Below are positions 11,185 through 20,677 of a DNA stretch of 43,846 bases, piece by piece. Origin of the DNA: Pseudomonadota bacterium (GTDB lineage: Bacteria; Pseudomonadota; Gammaproteobacteria; Burkholderiales; Burkholderiaceae_C); contig JBDLTR010000123.1 in assembly GCA_039805705.1 (NCBI GenBank), positions 1 to 43,846 of the forward strand, written 5' to 3'. Within the stretch, counting starts at the first letter, position 1. Every line of letters begins with the position of its first letter. A program made the translations under genes and the position numbers. The notes below the pieces were generated by a model that saw only the letters and a program-made list of their open reading frames with translations, had not been told where the DNA came from and made no database searches.

Positions 11185-12327
11185 TCAAATGCCCATGCGG
11201 TCCGTGGCGAACACGCCCTGCGGGTCGAATTCTTGTTGCAGCGCGCGCTGGATGCGTTGCTGCACCGCATCCAGCGGTGGGTTCACGCCAACCGCCTTGT
11301 CGCTGGCGCCGCCGAGTACGCTGGCGCGGAACAAGGTGGCTTGCCCACCCACGCGCTGCGCGGCTTCGCGCAAGGCCTGGGCGGCGGTGGCCGGTGCCCA
11401 CAACCAGCGTTGCGCGCCTTGCCACTCGATGTATTGGGCGTAGGGCAGATCGATCACGGGCGCCGTCTGTGGCACCGACAGGCGCCACAGGCAAAGTTCG
11501 CCACTGGGCGGTTCGAAGAATTGCAGGGTGTGCTCCGCGCTGGCGCGCCAGTCTTGCGCCGCTTCGGCCGCATCCATCACCTGCACCTGCGCGCCCTGGG
11601 CCTGGGCATCGGCGCCCATTTTGGCGAGCGCCGATTGCACCGCCGCCACCGCCCCGCGCAAACGCACGAACAGATAGTCGGCCGCGACCTCGGCGGTGGT
11701 GTCGCGCACCCAGGCGCTGGCGTTCAGCGGCAAGGGCTGGCCCCCCCAACGGTGCAGCACATCGAGTGCCGCGTGCTGCGGGATGCCCGCGCACATCAGC
11801 GTGGCCTCGGCCGGCGCGACCGGCAAGACCTTGAGGCTGACTTCGGTGACCACGCCCAGCGTGCCCCAGCTGCCCGCCAGCAAGCGGCTGACGTCATACC
11901 CGGCCACGTTCTTCATGACCTGGCCGCCGAAGGTCAAGTCCTCGCCCTTGCCGTTGACCATGCGCACGCCAAGCACAAAGTCGCGCACCGCACCCACGCT
12001 GGCGCGGGCCGGACCACTCAGGCCAGCGGCCAGCATGCCACCGACGGTGGCCGCAGCGCCAAAATGCGGCGGCTCAAACGCCAGGCACTGGCCTTTTTCG
12101 GCCAGCGCGGCTTCGAGCTCGGCCAAGGGTGTGCCACAACGCGCCGTGACCACCAGCTCGCTGGGCTCGTAGCTGACGATGCCCGCGTGCGCGCGGGTGT
12201 CGAGCACATCGCCACGGTGGGGGGCACCCCAGAAGTCTTTGGTCCCGCCGCCGCGCAGGCGCAAGGTGCGGCCGTCGGCAGCGGCGGCGCGCACGGCTTC
12301 GGTGAATGGGGCTGCATGGGTGTCCAT
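11185..12327 (-). CDS. glcE: Glycolate oxidase FAD subunit
   Basis: GGGTK, YEPSELVVTARCGTPL, FEPP, GGQVMKNVAGYDVSRL, C-terminal FDPQGVF; directly upstream of glcF. Confidence 0.94.
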   Translation of the reverse strand: MDTHAAPFTEAVRAAAADGRTLRLRGGGTKDFWGAPHRGDVLDTRAHAGIVSYEPSELVVTARCGTPLAELEAALAEKGQCLAFEPPHFGAAATVGGMLAAGLSGPARASVGAVRDFVLGVRMVNGKGEDLTFGGQVMKNVAGYDVSRLLAGSWGTLGVVTEVSLKVLPVAPAEATLMCAGIPQHAALDVLHRWGGQPLPLNASAWVRDTTAEVAADYLFVRLRGAVAAVQSALAKMGADAQAQGAQVQVMDAAEAAQDWRASAEHTLQFFEPPSGELCLWRLSVPQTAPVIDLPYAQYIEWQGAQRWLWAPATAAQALREAAQRVGGQATLFRASVLGGASDKAVGVNPPLDAVQQRIQRALQQEFDPQGVFATDRMGI

Positions 12328-12407
12328 GGCCCGCATGGTAAACCGCGCGCCGCGCCCCCAGCTTGAATTTTTTGAACGGGCCCTGTGTGGGAAATTGCCC
12401 GCGCGCC

Positions 12408-13328
12408 TCAAGGCCGCCAAAAGTTCACGGGCAAGCCCGCCACAGCCACCCGCGTGGCGAACACACAGCCCGCATCCGGGTGCTGGGCCAGTTCCTGCGC
12501 GCTGCGCCCTTGGCGCGCGGTGGTGATGAAGAGGGTTTTCAGGTCAGGCCCGCCGAAACAGGGCATGGTGGGGCAGGGCACCGGGGTGGGCACCACGGCC
12601 AGCACCTCGCCGCTGGGCGAGAGGCGCAGCAGGCGTTGGCCCTCGTATTGGGCGGACCAGTAAGCGCCCTCGCTGTCGACCGCCGCGCCATCCGGGCGAC
12701 CACCGTAAGGCAGGCCACACCCCCAGGTCCAGGCGGCGGGTTTGGGCGTGGCCTGATGCAACACGCGCGCGCCCGAGAGCTGGCCGCTGGCGGGGTCCCC
12801 GTCAAAAGCGCGCACCTGGTGCGCGGCCGTATCGGCCCAGTAGAGCGTGCGGCCATCGGGCGACCAGGCCAGGCCGTTGGCGGTGGTCACCCCGCGCGCC
12901 ATGGGGTGCAGGCCCTGGGCATCGCGCATGTAGAGCACGCCCAGCGCCTGGTCTTTGGGCTCGTAGAGAGAGCCCACCCACAAACGGCCCTGCGGGTCGC
13001 ACTTGCCGTCGTTGAAACGCAGCCGGGCGGTGTCGTAGGGCGCAGCGTTGAGCAGCTCCAGCGGACCGCCCCAAGTGCGGGCCCGATGAATGCCGCTGCG
13101 CAGCGCGAGCCCCCAACCGCCACCCTGGGCAGGGGCGATGCAAGCGGGTTCTTCACCGAGCAGCCAGTGCTCGACAACTCCGACGGCCTGCAGGCCATCG
13201 ACCGCCAGACGAGCCAGGCGCCGGCCCGCGATGTCGACCCAATAGAGGCGCTGCTCCTGCGGGTGCCAAAACGGCGACTCGCCCAGCGCGTCGGGCGAAT
13301 CGGTGATGCGGGTCCATACGGCGTCCAT
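12408..13328 (-). CDS. SMP-30/gluconolactonase/LRE family protein
   Basis: LGESPFW, RFNDGKCD, NGLAWSPDG, PDGAAVDSEG, PTMPCFGG. Confidence 0.93.
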   Translation of the reverse strand: MDAVWTRITDSPDALGESPFWHPQEQRLYWVDIAGRRLARLAVDGLQAVGVVEHWLLGEEPACIAPAQGGGWGLALRSGIHRARTWGGPLELLNAAPYDTARLRFNDGKCDPQGRLWVGSLYEPKDQALGVLYMRDAQGLHPMARGVTTANGLAWSPDGRTLYWADTAAHQVRAFDGDPASGQLSGARVLHQATPKPAAWTWGCGLPYGGRPDGAAVDSEGAYWSAQYEGQRLLRLSPSGEVLAVVPTPVPCPTMPCFGGPDLKTLFITTARQGRSAQELAQHPDAGCVFATRVAVAGLPVNFWRP

Positions 13329-13392
13329 GTGGGCATTGTGCCGTCAGGCACCTGCACACCCACAGGATCTGCCGCAGCAAAGAGCGACCGCA

Positions 13393-13476
13393 GCCGAGGG
13401 TGAGGCGGTGTGGGGCGGGGTGACGATTTCTGCTCGCAGCATGAGGCACTCCGCCCCACACCGCCTCACCCTCGGC
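13393..13476. repeat. Long-stem palindromic element, copy 2 (30-bp inverted repeat, one mismatch)
   Basis: GCCGAGGGTGAGGCGGTGTGGGGCGGGGTG (13393-13422) pairs with 13447-13476. Stem core and loop resemble the element at 2511-2597. Confidence 0.85.
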
Positions 13477-13521
13477 CCCACCGCGCACCCGGCTTCGCGA
13501 ACTGCCGTTAAAAAGTTGCGA

Positions 13522-14556
13522 TCACTTCTTGCGCGCAGCGATCGCGGCTTCGGCTTCTTTGACCAGGGCCGGGCCAACGGTGTTGGTCCACTTCTGGTAG
13601 ACCGGGCGCGTGGCCTTGATGAAGACTTCGCGCTCCGCCGGCGTCAGGAAAGTCACGTTCACGCCCATGGCCGCGATGTCCTTGAAGGCGGGCTTGTCGG
13701 CCTCGGTCAGGCCCTTGCGCGCGATCGCGATTTCCTGCTTGCCGGCATCCAGCGCCGCCTGGCGCACGATGTCCTGGTCGGCCTTGGTCCAGGAGTTCCA
13801 AATGTCCTTGTTGACCACGAAGATCAGCGGGTCGGCGACATAGCCCCAGGCGGTGACGAACTTCTGGCCCACGTTCTGCATCTTGAGCACGTTGAACAAG
13901 AAGAGCGGATTCTCCTGGCCGTCCACGGCGCCGCTGGAGAGCGCCGGCTGTGCGTCGGCCCAGCTCATCTGGGTGGGGTTGGCGCCCAGGGCCGAAAAGA
14001 TGTCGGAGTAGATCGGCGAGCCGACCACGCGGATCTTCATGCCCTTGAGGTCCTCGGGCGAGCGGATCGCGCGCTTGGAGTTGGTGACCTCGCGGTAACC
14101 GTTCTCACCCCAGGCCAGCGGCACCACGCCGCCTTGCTCCAGGCGCCGGAAGATCTTCTGGCCCACGCTGCCTTGCGTGAGCGCGTCGATGGCCGCGTAG
14201 TCGGGCATCAGGAAGGGCAGCGAGAACAGGTTGAGTTCCTTGATCTGCGGCGACCAGTTGATGGTCGAGCCCACGGCCATGTCGATCACGCCCTGGCGCA
14301 GCGCGCTGAACTCGCGCGTCTGGTCGCCCTGGATCAGCGAGACGCCGGGGTAGAGCTTGATGTTGATGCGGCCCTGGGTGCGCTCCTTGACGAGGTCGGA
14401 CCAGATCTTGGCGGCCTGGCCCCAGGGCGTCGGCGGTGCCAGCACGATGGACAGGCGGTACTCGGACTTGTACTCGGCGGCGGCAGCGGGCAAGGCCAGG
14501 CCACACACCGCGGCGGCTGCGGCCACCAGGCCCAGCAAACGATGACGCATTTTCAT
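13522..14556 (-). CDS. dctP: TRAP transporter solute-binding subunit DctP
   Basis: Signal peptide, ENGYR, DLKGMKIRV, GAVDGQENP; AAGGAG RBS. Confidence 0.94.
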   Translation of the reverse strand: MKMRHRLLGLVAAAAAVCGLALPAAAAEYKSEYRLSIVLAPPTPWGQAAKIWSDLVKERTQGRINIKLYPGVSLIQGDQTREFSALRQGVIDMAVGSTINWSPQIKELNLFSLPFLMPDYAAIDALTQGSVGQKIFRRLEQGGVVPLAWGENGYREVTNSKRAIRSPEDLKGMKIRVVGSPIYSDIFSALGANPTQMSWADAQPALSSGAVDGQENPLFLFNVLKMQNVGQKFVTAWGYVADPLIFVVNKDIWNSWTKADQDIVRQAALDAGKQEIAIARKGLTEADKPAFKDIAAMGVNVTFLTPAEREVFIKATRPVYQKWTNTVGPALVKEAEAAIAARKK

Positions 14557-14587
14557 GAGGAGTTCTCCTTGGGTTGAAAAAAGAAAA

Positions 14588-15886
14588 TCAGTAACCGAGG
14601 TGGCGCGGCAGCCACAGCGCCAACTCGGGCCAGGCGATGACCGCCACCATGACCAGGAACATCGACAAGAGCATCCAGCCGACCCAGCGCACCGTGTCCT
14701 CCATGCGCACACCGGCGATGCGGCAAGACACCATCAGGTTCACCGCCAGCGGCGGCGTGAACTGGCCCAAGGCCACCTTGAGCGTGAGGATCACACCGAA
14801 CCACACCGGGTCCCATTGGTAGTGCTGCACGATGGGCCAGAGCAGGGGCACGAAGATCAGGAAGATCGACACGCCGTCGAGGAACATGCCCACGGTGATC
14901 AGCAGCAGGATCAGGAGCGCGAGCACGCCGTACTCGCCCAGGCCCGAATTCACGATGGCATGGGTCACCGGGTCGATCACGCCCAGCGTGGAGAGCGAAT
15001 ACGCGAAGATGCCCGCCAGCGAAACCACCAGCAAGATCACGGCCGAGAGCTCGCCCGATTCGCGCAGGATCACGAACAGGTCGCGCACCTGGATCGTGCG
15101 GTGGATGGCCATGCCCACAAACAGGCCGTAGAACACCGCGACCACCGCGGCCTCGGTCGGCGTGAACCAGCCGGCGCGCATGCCCCCCAAAATCAGCACC
15201 GGCGCGGCCAGGCCCCAGGAGGCCTCGCGCAGGCTTTGCCAAAACGGCGGACGCGGCAGACTCGACTCCAAAGCGCCCATCTTGTGCTTGCGCGCCATCC
15301 ACACCGCAGGCACGATCAGCGCAATGCCGGCCAACACGCCGGGCACCATGCCGGCCGCGAACAGCGCGGGCACCGAAGCGCCCGGCACCAGCACCGAATA
15401 GACAATAAAGGCCACCGAGGGCGGGATCAGGATATCGGTGGCCGCCGCCGCACCCACCACACTGGCCGAGAACGCCGCCGGGTAACCCGCGCGCGACATG
15501 GCCGCGATCATCACCGCGCCCACGGCCGCGGCGTTGGCCGGCCCCGAACCCGAGATGCCCCCCAAGAACATGGCCACCAAAATCGCCACCATGGGCAGCA
15601 TGCCGGGGCCACGGCCGACGATGGCGATGGCGAAATTCACCAGGCGTTGCGCCACGCCCGAACGGTCAAAGATCGAGCCCACCAGCACGAACATCGGGAT
15701 CGCCAGCAGCGGGTACTTGCCCAGGCCGGCGTAGAAGTTTTGCGGCACGGCCAGCAGGCCAAACCACTGCGCCTCGGGGTTGGCCAGCGCGATGCAGGCA
15801 GCACCCGCCAGGCCCAGGGCCGCGCCGATCGGCACGCCCAGCAGCATCATGACCAGGAAGGCGACGAACAGCAGAGTCGGGATCAT
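14588..15886 (-). CDS. dctM: TRAP transporter large permease DctM
   Basis: LLAIPMFVLVG, GGISGS, ILIPPS, FTPTEAA, GQFTPP; ATGA overlap with dctQ. Confidence 0.94.
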   Translation of the reverse strand: MIPTLLFVAFLVMMLLGVPIGAALGLAGAACIALANPEAQWFGLLAVPQNFYAGLGKYPLLAIPMFVLVGSIFDRSGVAQRLVNFAIAIVGRGPGMLPMVAILVAMFLGGISGSGPANAAAVGAVMIAAMSRAGYPAAFSASVVGAAAATDILIPPSVAFIVYSVLVPGASVPALFAAGMVPGVLAGIALIVPAVWMARKHKMGALESSLPRPPFWQSLREASWGLAAPVLILGGMRAGWFTPTEAAVVAVFYGLFVGMAIHRTIQVRDLFVILRESGELSAVILLVVSLAGIFAYSLSTLGVIDPVTHAIVNSGLGEYGVLALLILLLITVGMFLDGVSIFLIFVPLLWPIVQHYQWDPVWFGVILTLKVALGQFTPPLAVNLMVSCRIAGVRMEDTVRWVGWMLLSMFLVMVAVIAWPELALWLPRHLGY

Positions 15887-16410
15887 GGCCGACGCCCCCG
15901 GCGGATGAACAGGCCGAGCGCGCGGCCCGCGATCGCGGTCGACAGCACCGGCAACCAGACCGTGTACCACCACTGCGGCACGCCAATGCCGGGCGAGGTC
16001 TCGCCGAAGCGGTAGTCGTCCCAGACCACGCGCGCGCTGAGCACCGCGATCAGTGCGAACAGCACAAATACCATGAGCGCGCCGAAACGCGCGAGCGCGC
16101 GCTGGCGCGACTCGGGGCCGCTGTCGGCGAAGTACTCGATGCGGATCTGGCGGTTGCGCGCCACCGAGGCGGACCCCGCCACCAGCGCCAGCACGATCAT
16201 CAGGAACACCGAGAACTCTTCGGTCCAGGCGAAGGACTGGTCGGTGAAGTAGCGGACGATCACATTGGCGAAAGTGATCAGGGCCAAGAGGCCCATCACG
16301 AGCACGGTGAGCCAGTCTTCGATCTTCAGGGGAATGCGGGTGGGTTCGTCCGTCTCATCGGCTTCGAACACGGGCGTGTTCAGGGCCTGCGGATCTTCGT
16401 GCTGGGACAT
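15883..16410 (-). CDS. dctQ: TRAP transporter small permease DctQ
   Basis: Four TM segments, NVIVRY...WTEE motif; upstream of dctM. Confidence 0.92.
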   Translation of the reverse strand: MSQHEDPQALNTPVFEADETDEPTRIPLKIEDWLTVLVMGLLALITFANVIVRYFTDQSFAWTEEFSVFLMIVLALVAGSASVARNRQIRIEYFADSGPESRQRALARFGALMVFVLFALIAVLSARVVWDDYRFGETSPGIGVPQWWYTVWLPVLSTAIAGRALGLFIRRGRRP

Positions 16411-16487
16411 CGCGGCGGGTCAAATCATCAAACGATTCACTGTACCACGCGGTCTTTCAAGCGCCCGCCTCGGCGCGGCCCGCTGCG

Positions 16488-19400
16488 TCAGGGGCGCGCC
16501 TGGGCGGCACGGGCCCGCGCCACGGCGGCGGGCAAATCGGTCCATTCGGGCTGTTGCGGCGCGAAGCGCTGGCGCATGTAGCGGGCCAGCTCGACCAGCT
16601 GCCGGTCGTCCAGCGCGTCCTTGAAGGCCGGCATGAAGCCCAGCTCGCGACTGGCGGGCGCCTGCACCCCTTCGAGGATGCTGCGCAGCAGGTTGTCGGG
16701 GCGCGCGCTGTGCAGGTTGCTGTTGAGCGCCAGGGGCACGTTGGTGCCGAGCAAGCGCGGTCCATCGCCGTCGTGGTGGCAAGCGCCACAGGCCTGCGCA
16801 AACAGGCGCTGGGCCGGGCCCAGCAGGGCGGGCTCGGTGCGCGCGGCCTGGGCGATGGCCTCGCGCGCCATCTGCTGGGCCTGCTCGGTCGGGGTGGGCT
16901 GGCCAAAAGACGCCAGGTAGTGCGCCATCGCGCGCAGGTCGGCATCGGGCACGTCGTGCAGATTGCGCACCACCTCGGCCATCGGGCCACCGGCCACGCC
17001 ATGCTGCGGGCTGTGGCCACGGCGCAGGTAATCAAAGAAAGCGGTTTCGGTCCAGGGCACGGGCGAGGGGTGGCGCGCGGTCAGCGAGGGCGCTTCCCAG
17101 CCCTTGACCATGGCCCCACCCAAAAACGCCGGGCCGTCACGCTCGGCGCCCAGGGCATTGCGTTCGGTGTGGCAGGCACCGCAGTGGCCGACCGCGTTCA
17201 CCAGGTATTCGCCGCGCCGCCACAGCGCGGTGCGCGTGGTTTCGGTGTGCGGACGCGGCCCGGGCTCCAGGTACAACGCGTTCCAGCCGGCCAGCAAGGG
17301 GCGCGCGCTGAAAGGGAATTTCAGTTGCGTCTCGGGCGCCTGGGCGCGCACCGGCTGTTGGCGCATCAGGTAGGCGTAGAGCGCGGTGAGGTCGTCGTCG
17401 CTCATGCGGGTGTAGGCGGTGTAGGGGAAGGCCGGGTACAGGTGCCGGCCATCGCGCGAAATGCCTTCGCGCATGGCGCGCTGGAACGCGCTGAAAGACC
17501 AGGCGCCGATGCCGGTCTCGACATCGGGCGTGATGTTGGTGCTGTAGACGGTGCCAAACGGCGTGTCCATGGCCACGCCGCCGGCCAAGGGTGCGCCCCC
17601 GTCGACGGTGTGGCACTGGGCGCAGTTGCCCAGGGCGGCCAGCTGGCGGCCTTTCTCGATGGTTTCGGCGGTGTAGACCGCGGCGGTGCTGGGCGTGACC
17701 GGCGCGATGGCGCTGCGCCCGCCCAGCAGGCCCCACAGCACACCGCCCGCACCGAGCAGCAAAGCGCCGAGCTGGCGCCAGGCCGGGCGGCGCCACGGCC
17801 AGGGCGCATCGGCCGGGGCCTCGCGCAGCGGCGGCGCAGTGGCAGCCGCGTCGGGTGGCGAAGCCAAGGGCTGCGGGTTGAGCGCGGCGCGCACCACCTC
17901 GGGCGTGAAGGGCGGCTGGCGAAAACGCACGCCGGTGGCGTCGAAGATGGCATTGGCGATCGCGGCGGTGCCCGGCACCGACGACGATTCGCCCGAGCCC
18001 ATCGGTGGCTGGTCGGGGCGCGGCATCTGCATGACCTCGATCACCGGCACCTCGCGGAAGCTCAGGATCGGGTAGCTGCCCCATTCGCGGCTGGCCACCA
18101 CACCGGTGTCGGGGTCGACACGCACCTGCTCCTTGAGGGAGCGGCTGGTGGTTTGCAGCACATTGCCGTGGATCTGGTGCGCCACGCCCGCGGGGTTGAT
18201 GGTCAGGCCCGCATCGTGCCCGACCACCACGCGCTTGACGTGCACCTCGCCGGTCTTGCGGTTGACGTCGACATCGGCCACCCACGCCGCCCAGGCGGCG
18301 CCGAAACCGGGCCACTTGCTGTGGATGTAGCGCGCATAGGCCACGCCCTGGCCGTGCAGCCAGTCGCCGGTGGCGCCCTGGCCTTGCGGCTCGGTGTGCG
18401 GGACCCAGCCCGCGCGTTCGGCGGTGGCCTGCAGCAGCTCGCTGGCGCGCGGGTCTTGCAGGTAGCGCAGGCGGTAGGCCACCGGGTCCACGCCCGCGGC
18501 CGTGGCCAATTCGTCGATGTAGGACTCGTGCGCAAACGAGTTGGGCATGGCCGAGACGCCGCGCAGCCACGAGGCGCGCAGCATCGGCGGCATGTCGTTG
18601 ACGGTGACGCGCAGGTCGGCGATGTCGTAGGGCGGACGGGCGGTGCGGTCGCCCATCTCGAACATCTGGGCTTGCGGCTCGACGGTGCGCGTGAGCAGCA
18701 AGGCCAGGGTGGGCGCGGCGTTCGAAGGGTAGGAGGTGGCAAAGTCGTAGGCCGCGATGCCGCCGTCGGCGCGCAGCCCGCCGCGCACCTGCATCAGCTG
18801 GGCCGCGCCCTTGGGCTCCCACAGGTGTTCCTGCTCGCGCGTGAGCTGCACCCGCACCGGCGCACCGACCGCGCGCGAGAGCAGGGCCGCGTCGGCGGCC
18901 ACATCGTCGGCGCAGTTGCGCCCGTAGCAACCGGCCGCCTCCATGCGCACCACATCGACCACCACGTCCTGCACGCCCATCAGGCGCGCCAAGTCCAGGC
19001 GCAGCACATGCGGGTTCTGTGTGCCGGCGTAGACACGCAGCGCGGGCGCACCCGCCTCACCGCGCCAGTCGGCCACCGCGCACGAAGGGCCGATCGAGGC
19101 GTGCATCTGGTAGGGCCAGACATAGCTGCGCTCCATGACCTGGCTGGCGCCGGACAAGGCCTGATCGACATCGCCTTCGTCCACCAGCTGGCGCGGCCGT
19201 GCGGGGTTGTCGCGCAGGGCCTGGGCCAGGTCGTCCAGCGGACGCATGCCCGGCCAGGGTTTCCAGCGCACCTGCAGGCTGGCGCAAGCGGCCTCGGCCT
19301 GTTCCTCGCGTTCAGCGACGATGCCGACAAAGTCGCGGATCACCACCACCGCGCGGATGCCCGGGATGTGCGCGATCGAGCGCTCGTCGACCGATTCGAG

Positions 19401-20141
19401 GGTGTTGCCAATGAAGTCGCCGTGGTCGGCGCCGGCATAGGGCGGCCGCACCACGCGGCCGTGCAGCATGCCGGGCACACGCATGTCGTGCACAAAAACC
19501 GCTTCGCCAAACGCCTTAGCCGGGATGTCCACGCGCGGCTGGCTTTGGCCCACCACGCGGTAGTCGGCCACCGCTTTGACCGGGCTGTCCAAATCGAGCC
19601 GCAGCTCGATGCGGCGGCCTTGCAGCAGATCGCCGTAGCGCACGCCGCGCTCGGCCTCGCCGGCCACCTGCACGAGGCCGGCGTTGACGGTCAGCCCTTC
19701 CACAGGCACGCCCAGCTGCCGGGCGGCTTCGGCCAGCAGCCAGGCGCGCGCCTGCGCGGCGGCCTTGCGCAAGGGCACCGCATGGATCTGGATGGAGGCG
19801 CTGGCGATGGTCGGGCCCTGGTTGGGCGCACGCGCGGTGTCGCCCAGCACCATGTCGACCTGGTCCATGCCCAGGTCCAGTTCGTCGGCCACGATCTGAC
19901 CGAGCGCGGTGCGGATGCCCGTGCCCAGGTCCACATGCCCGTGCAGGCCCAGCGCGGTGCCGTCGTCCCACACCGCGAGCAGCACCTCCACGCCCTCGGC
20001 CGGATTGCCCGCGACGATGGGCGGCTGGCCGGGCGCGGGCGGCGGCGCGGGCGGCGGCTCGCGCGTGATGAGCAGCACGCCATCGGCGCTCAAAAAATCG
20101 GCGCGGGTGCGCAGCCGGGTCAGGCGCTCGCTCCGATTCAT
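16488..20141 (-). CDS. nicB: Molybdopterin hydroxylase large subunit fused to a triheme cytochrome c (NicB-like nicotinate dehydrogenase subunit)
   Basis: XDH-family Mo motifs (GHVDLGTGI, AAGCYGRN, FAHES, GSGE), a hydrophobic linker and three CxxCH motifs (CAQCH, CGACH, CGACH). Operonic with hnr. Substrate is inferred. Confidence 0.82.
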   Translation of the reverse strand: MNRSERLTRLRTRADFLSADGVLLITREPPPAPPPAPGQPPIVAGNPAEGVEVLLAVWDDGTALGLHGHVDLGTGIRTALGQIVADELDLGMDQVDMVLGDTARAPNQGPTIASASIQIHAVPLRKAAAQARAWLLAEAARQLGVPVEGLTVNAGLVQVAGEAERGVRYGDLLQGRRIELRLDLDSPVKAVADYRVVGQSQPRVDIPAKAFGEAVFVHDMRVPGMLHGRVVRPPYAGADHGDFIGNTLESVDERSIAHIPGIRAVVVIRDFVGIVAEREEQAEAACASLQVRWKPWPGMRPLDDLAQALRDNPARPRQLVDEGDVDQALSGASQVMERSYVWPYQMHASIGPSCAVADWRGEAGAPALRVYAGTQNPHVLRLDLARLMGVQDVVVDVVRMEAAGCYGRNCADDVAADAALLSRAVGAPVRVQLTREQEHLWEPKGAAQLMQVRGGLRADGGIAAYDFATSYPSNAAPTLALLLTRTVEPQAQMFEMGDRTARPPYDIADLRVTVNDMPPMLRASWLRGVSAMPNSFAHESYIDELATAAGVDPVAYRLRYLQDPRASELLQATAERAGWVPHTEPQGQGATGDWLHGQGVAYARYIHSKWPGFGAAWAAWVADVDVNRKTGEVHVKRVVVGHDAGLTINPAGVAHQIHGNVLQTTSRSLKEQVRVDPDTGVVASREWGSYPILSFREVPVIEVMQMPRPDQPPMGSGESSSVPGTAAIANAIFDATGVRFRQPPFTPEVVRAALNPQPLASPPDAAATAPPLREAPADAPWPWRRPAWRQLGALLLGAGGVLWGLLGGRSAIAPVTPSTAAVYTAETIEKGRQLAALGNCAQCHTVDGGAPLAGGVAMDTPFGTVYSTNITPDVETGIGAWSFSAFQRAMREGISRDGRHLYPAFPYTAYTRMSDDDLTALYAYLMRQQPVRAQAPETQLKFPFSARPLLAGWNALYLEPGPRPHTETTRTALWRRGEYLVNAVGHCGACHTERNALGAERDGPAFLGGAMVKGWEAPSLTARHPSPVPWTETAFFDYLRRGHSPQHGVAGGPMAEVVRNLHDVPDADLRAMAHYLASFGQPTPTEQAQQMAREAIAQAARTEPALLGPAQRLFAQACGACHHDGDGPRLLGTNVPLALNSNLHSARPDNLLRSILEGVQAPASRELGFMPAFKDALDDRQLVELARYMRQRFAPQQPEWTDLPAAVARARAAQARP

Positions 20142-20647
20142 CGCGGCTCCCCCGCCGCTGGCGCGGCCATGGCCGCCACGGCCTCGGTCACCGCGGCCAA
20201 AATCTCCACATGCGCACCACAGCGGCACAGGTTGCCCGACAAAGCGTCGCGCACCGCTTGCGGACTCGGCCGCGGCTCATGCGCCAGCAAGGCGGCCACC
20301 GTCATGACCATGCCGTTGAGGCAGTAACCGCATTGCGCCGCCTGCGCCGAAATGAAAGCGCTTTGCACCGGGTGCGGCCGCTCGCGCTGGCCCAGGCCTT
20401 CGAGCGTGGTGATCACGCGGGCCTGCACCTGCGCGGCCGGGATCACGCAGGCGCGCGCGGCCACGCCGTCGATGTGCACCGTGCAGGCGCCGCACTGGCC
20501 CAGGCCGCAACCGTATTTGGGACCGTTGAGGCCGAGGTCGTTGCGCAGCACCTGCAGCAAGGTGGCGCTGCGGCCAACGGTCAGCGCATGCGTCTGCCCG
20601 TTGACGTTCAGGGCGATCGCTTGCTCTGTGTAAGGACTGGGGACCAT
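20138..20647 (-). CDS. nicA: 2x[2Fe-2S] small subunit (NicA-like)
   Basis: KYGCGLGQCGACTV, ARAC, QCGYC, NLCRCG; ATGA overlap with the large subunit. Confidence 0.85.
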   Translation of the reverse strand: MVPSPYTEQAIALNVNGQTHALTVGRSATLLQVLRNDLGLNGPKYGCGLGQCGACTVHIDGVAARACVIPAAQVQARVITTLEGLGQRERPHPVQSAFISAQAAQCGYCLNGMVMTVAALLAHEPRPSPQAVRDALSGNLCRCGAHVEILAAVTEAVAAMAAPAAGEPR

Positions 20648-20677
20648 GCGCGCGGGGCCTGGGGTGGGCGCGGAACG

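Noticed and set aside
16554-20327. 1257-aa plus-strand ORF, and similar long ORFs such as 35050-38490 (-), 2544-4973 (-), 22260-24032 (+) and 32582-34324 (+)
   Set aside because: Antisense shadows of well-supported genes in GC-rich DNA, with no recognisable motifs
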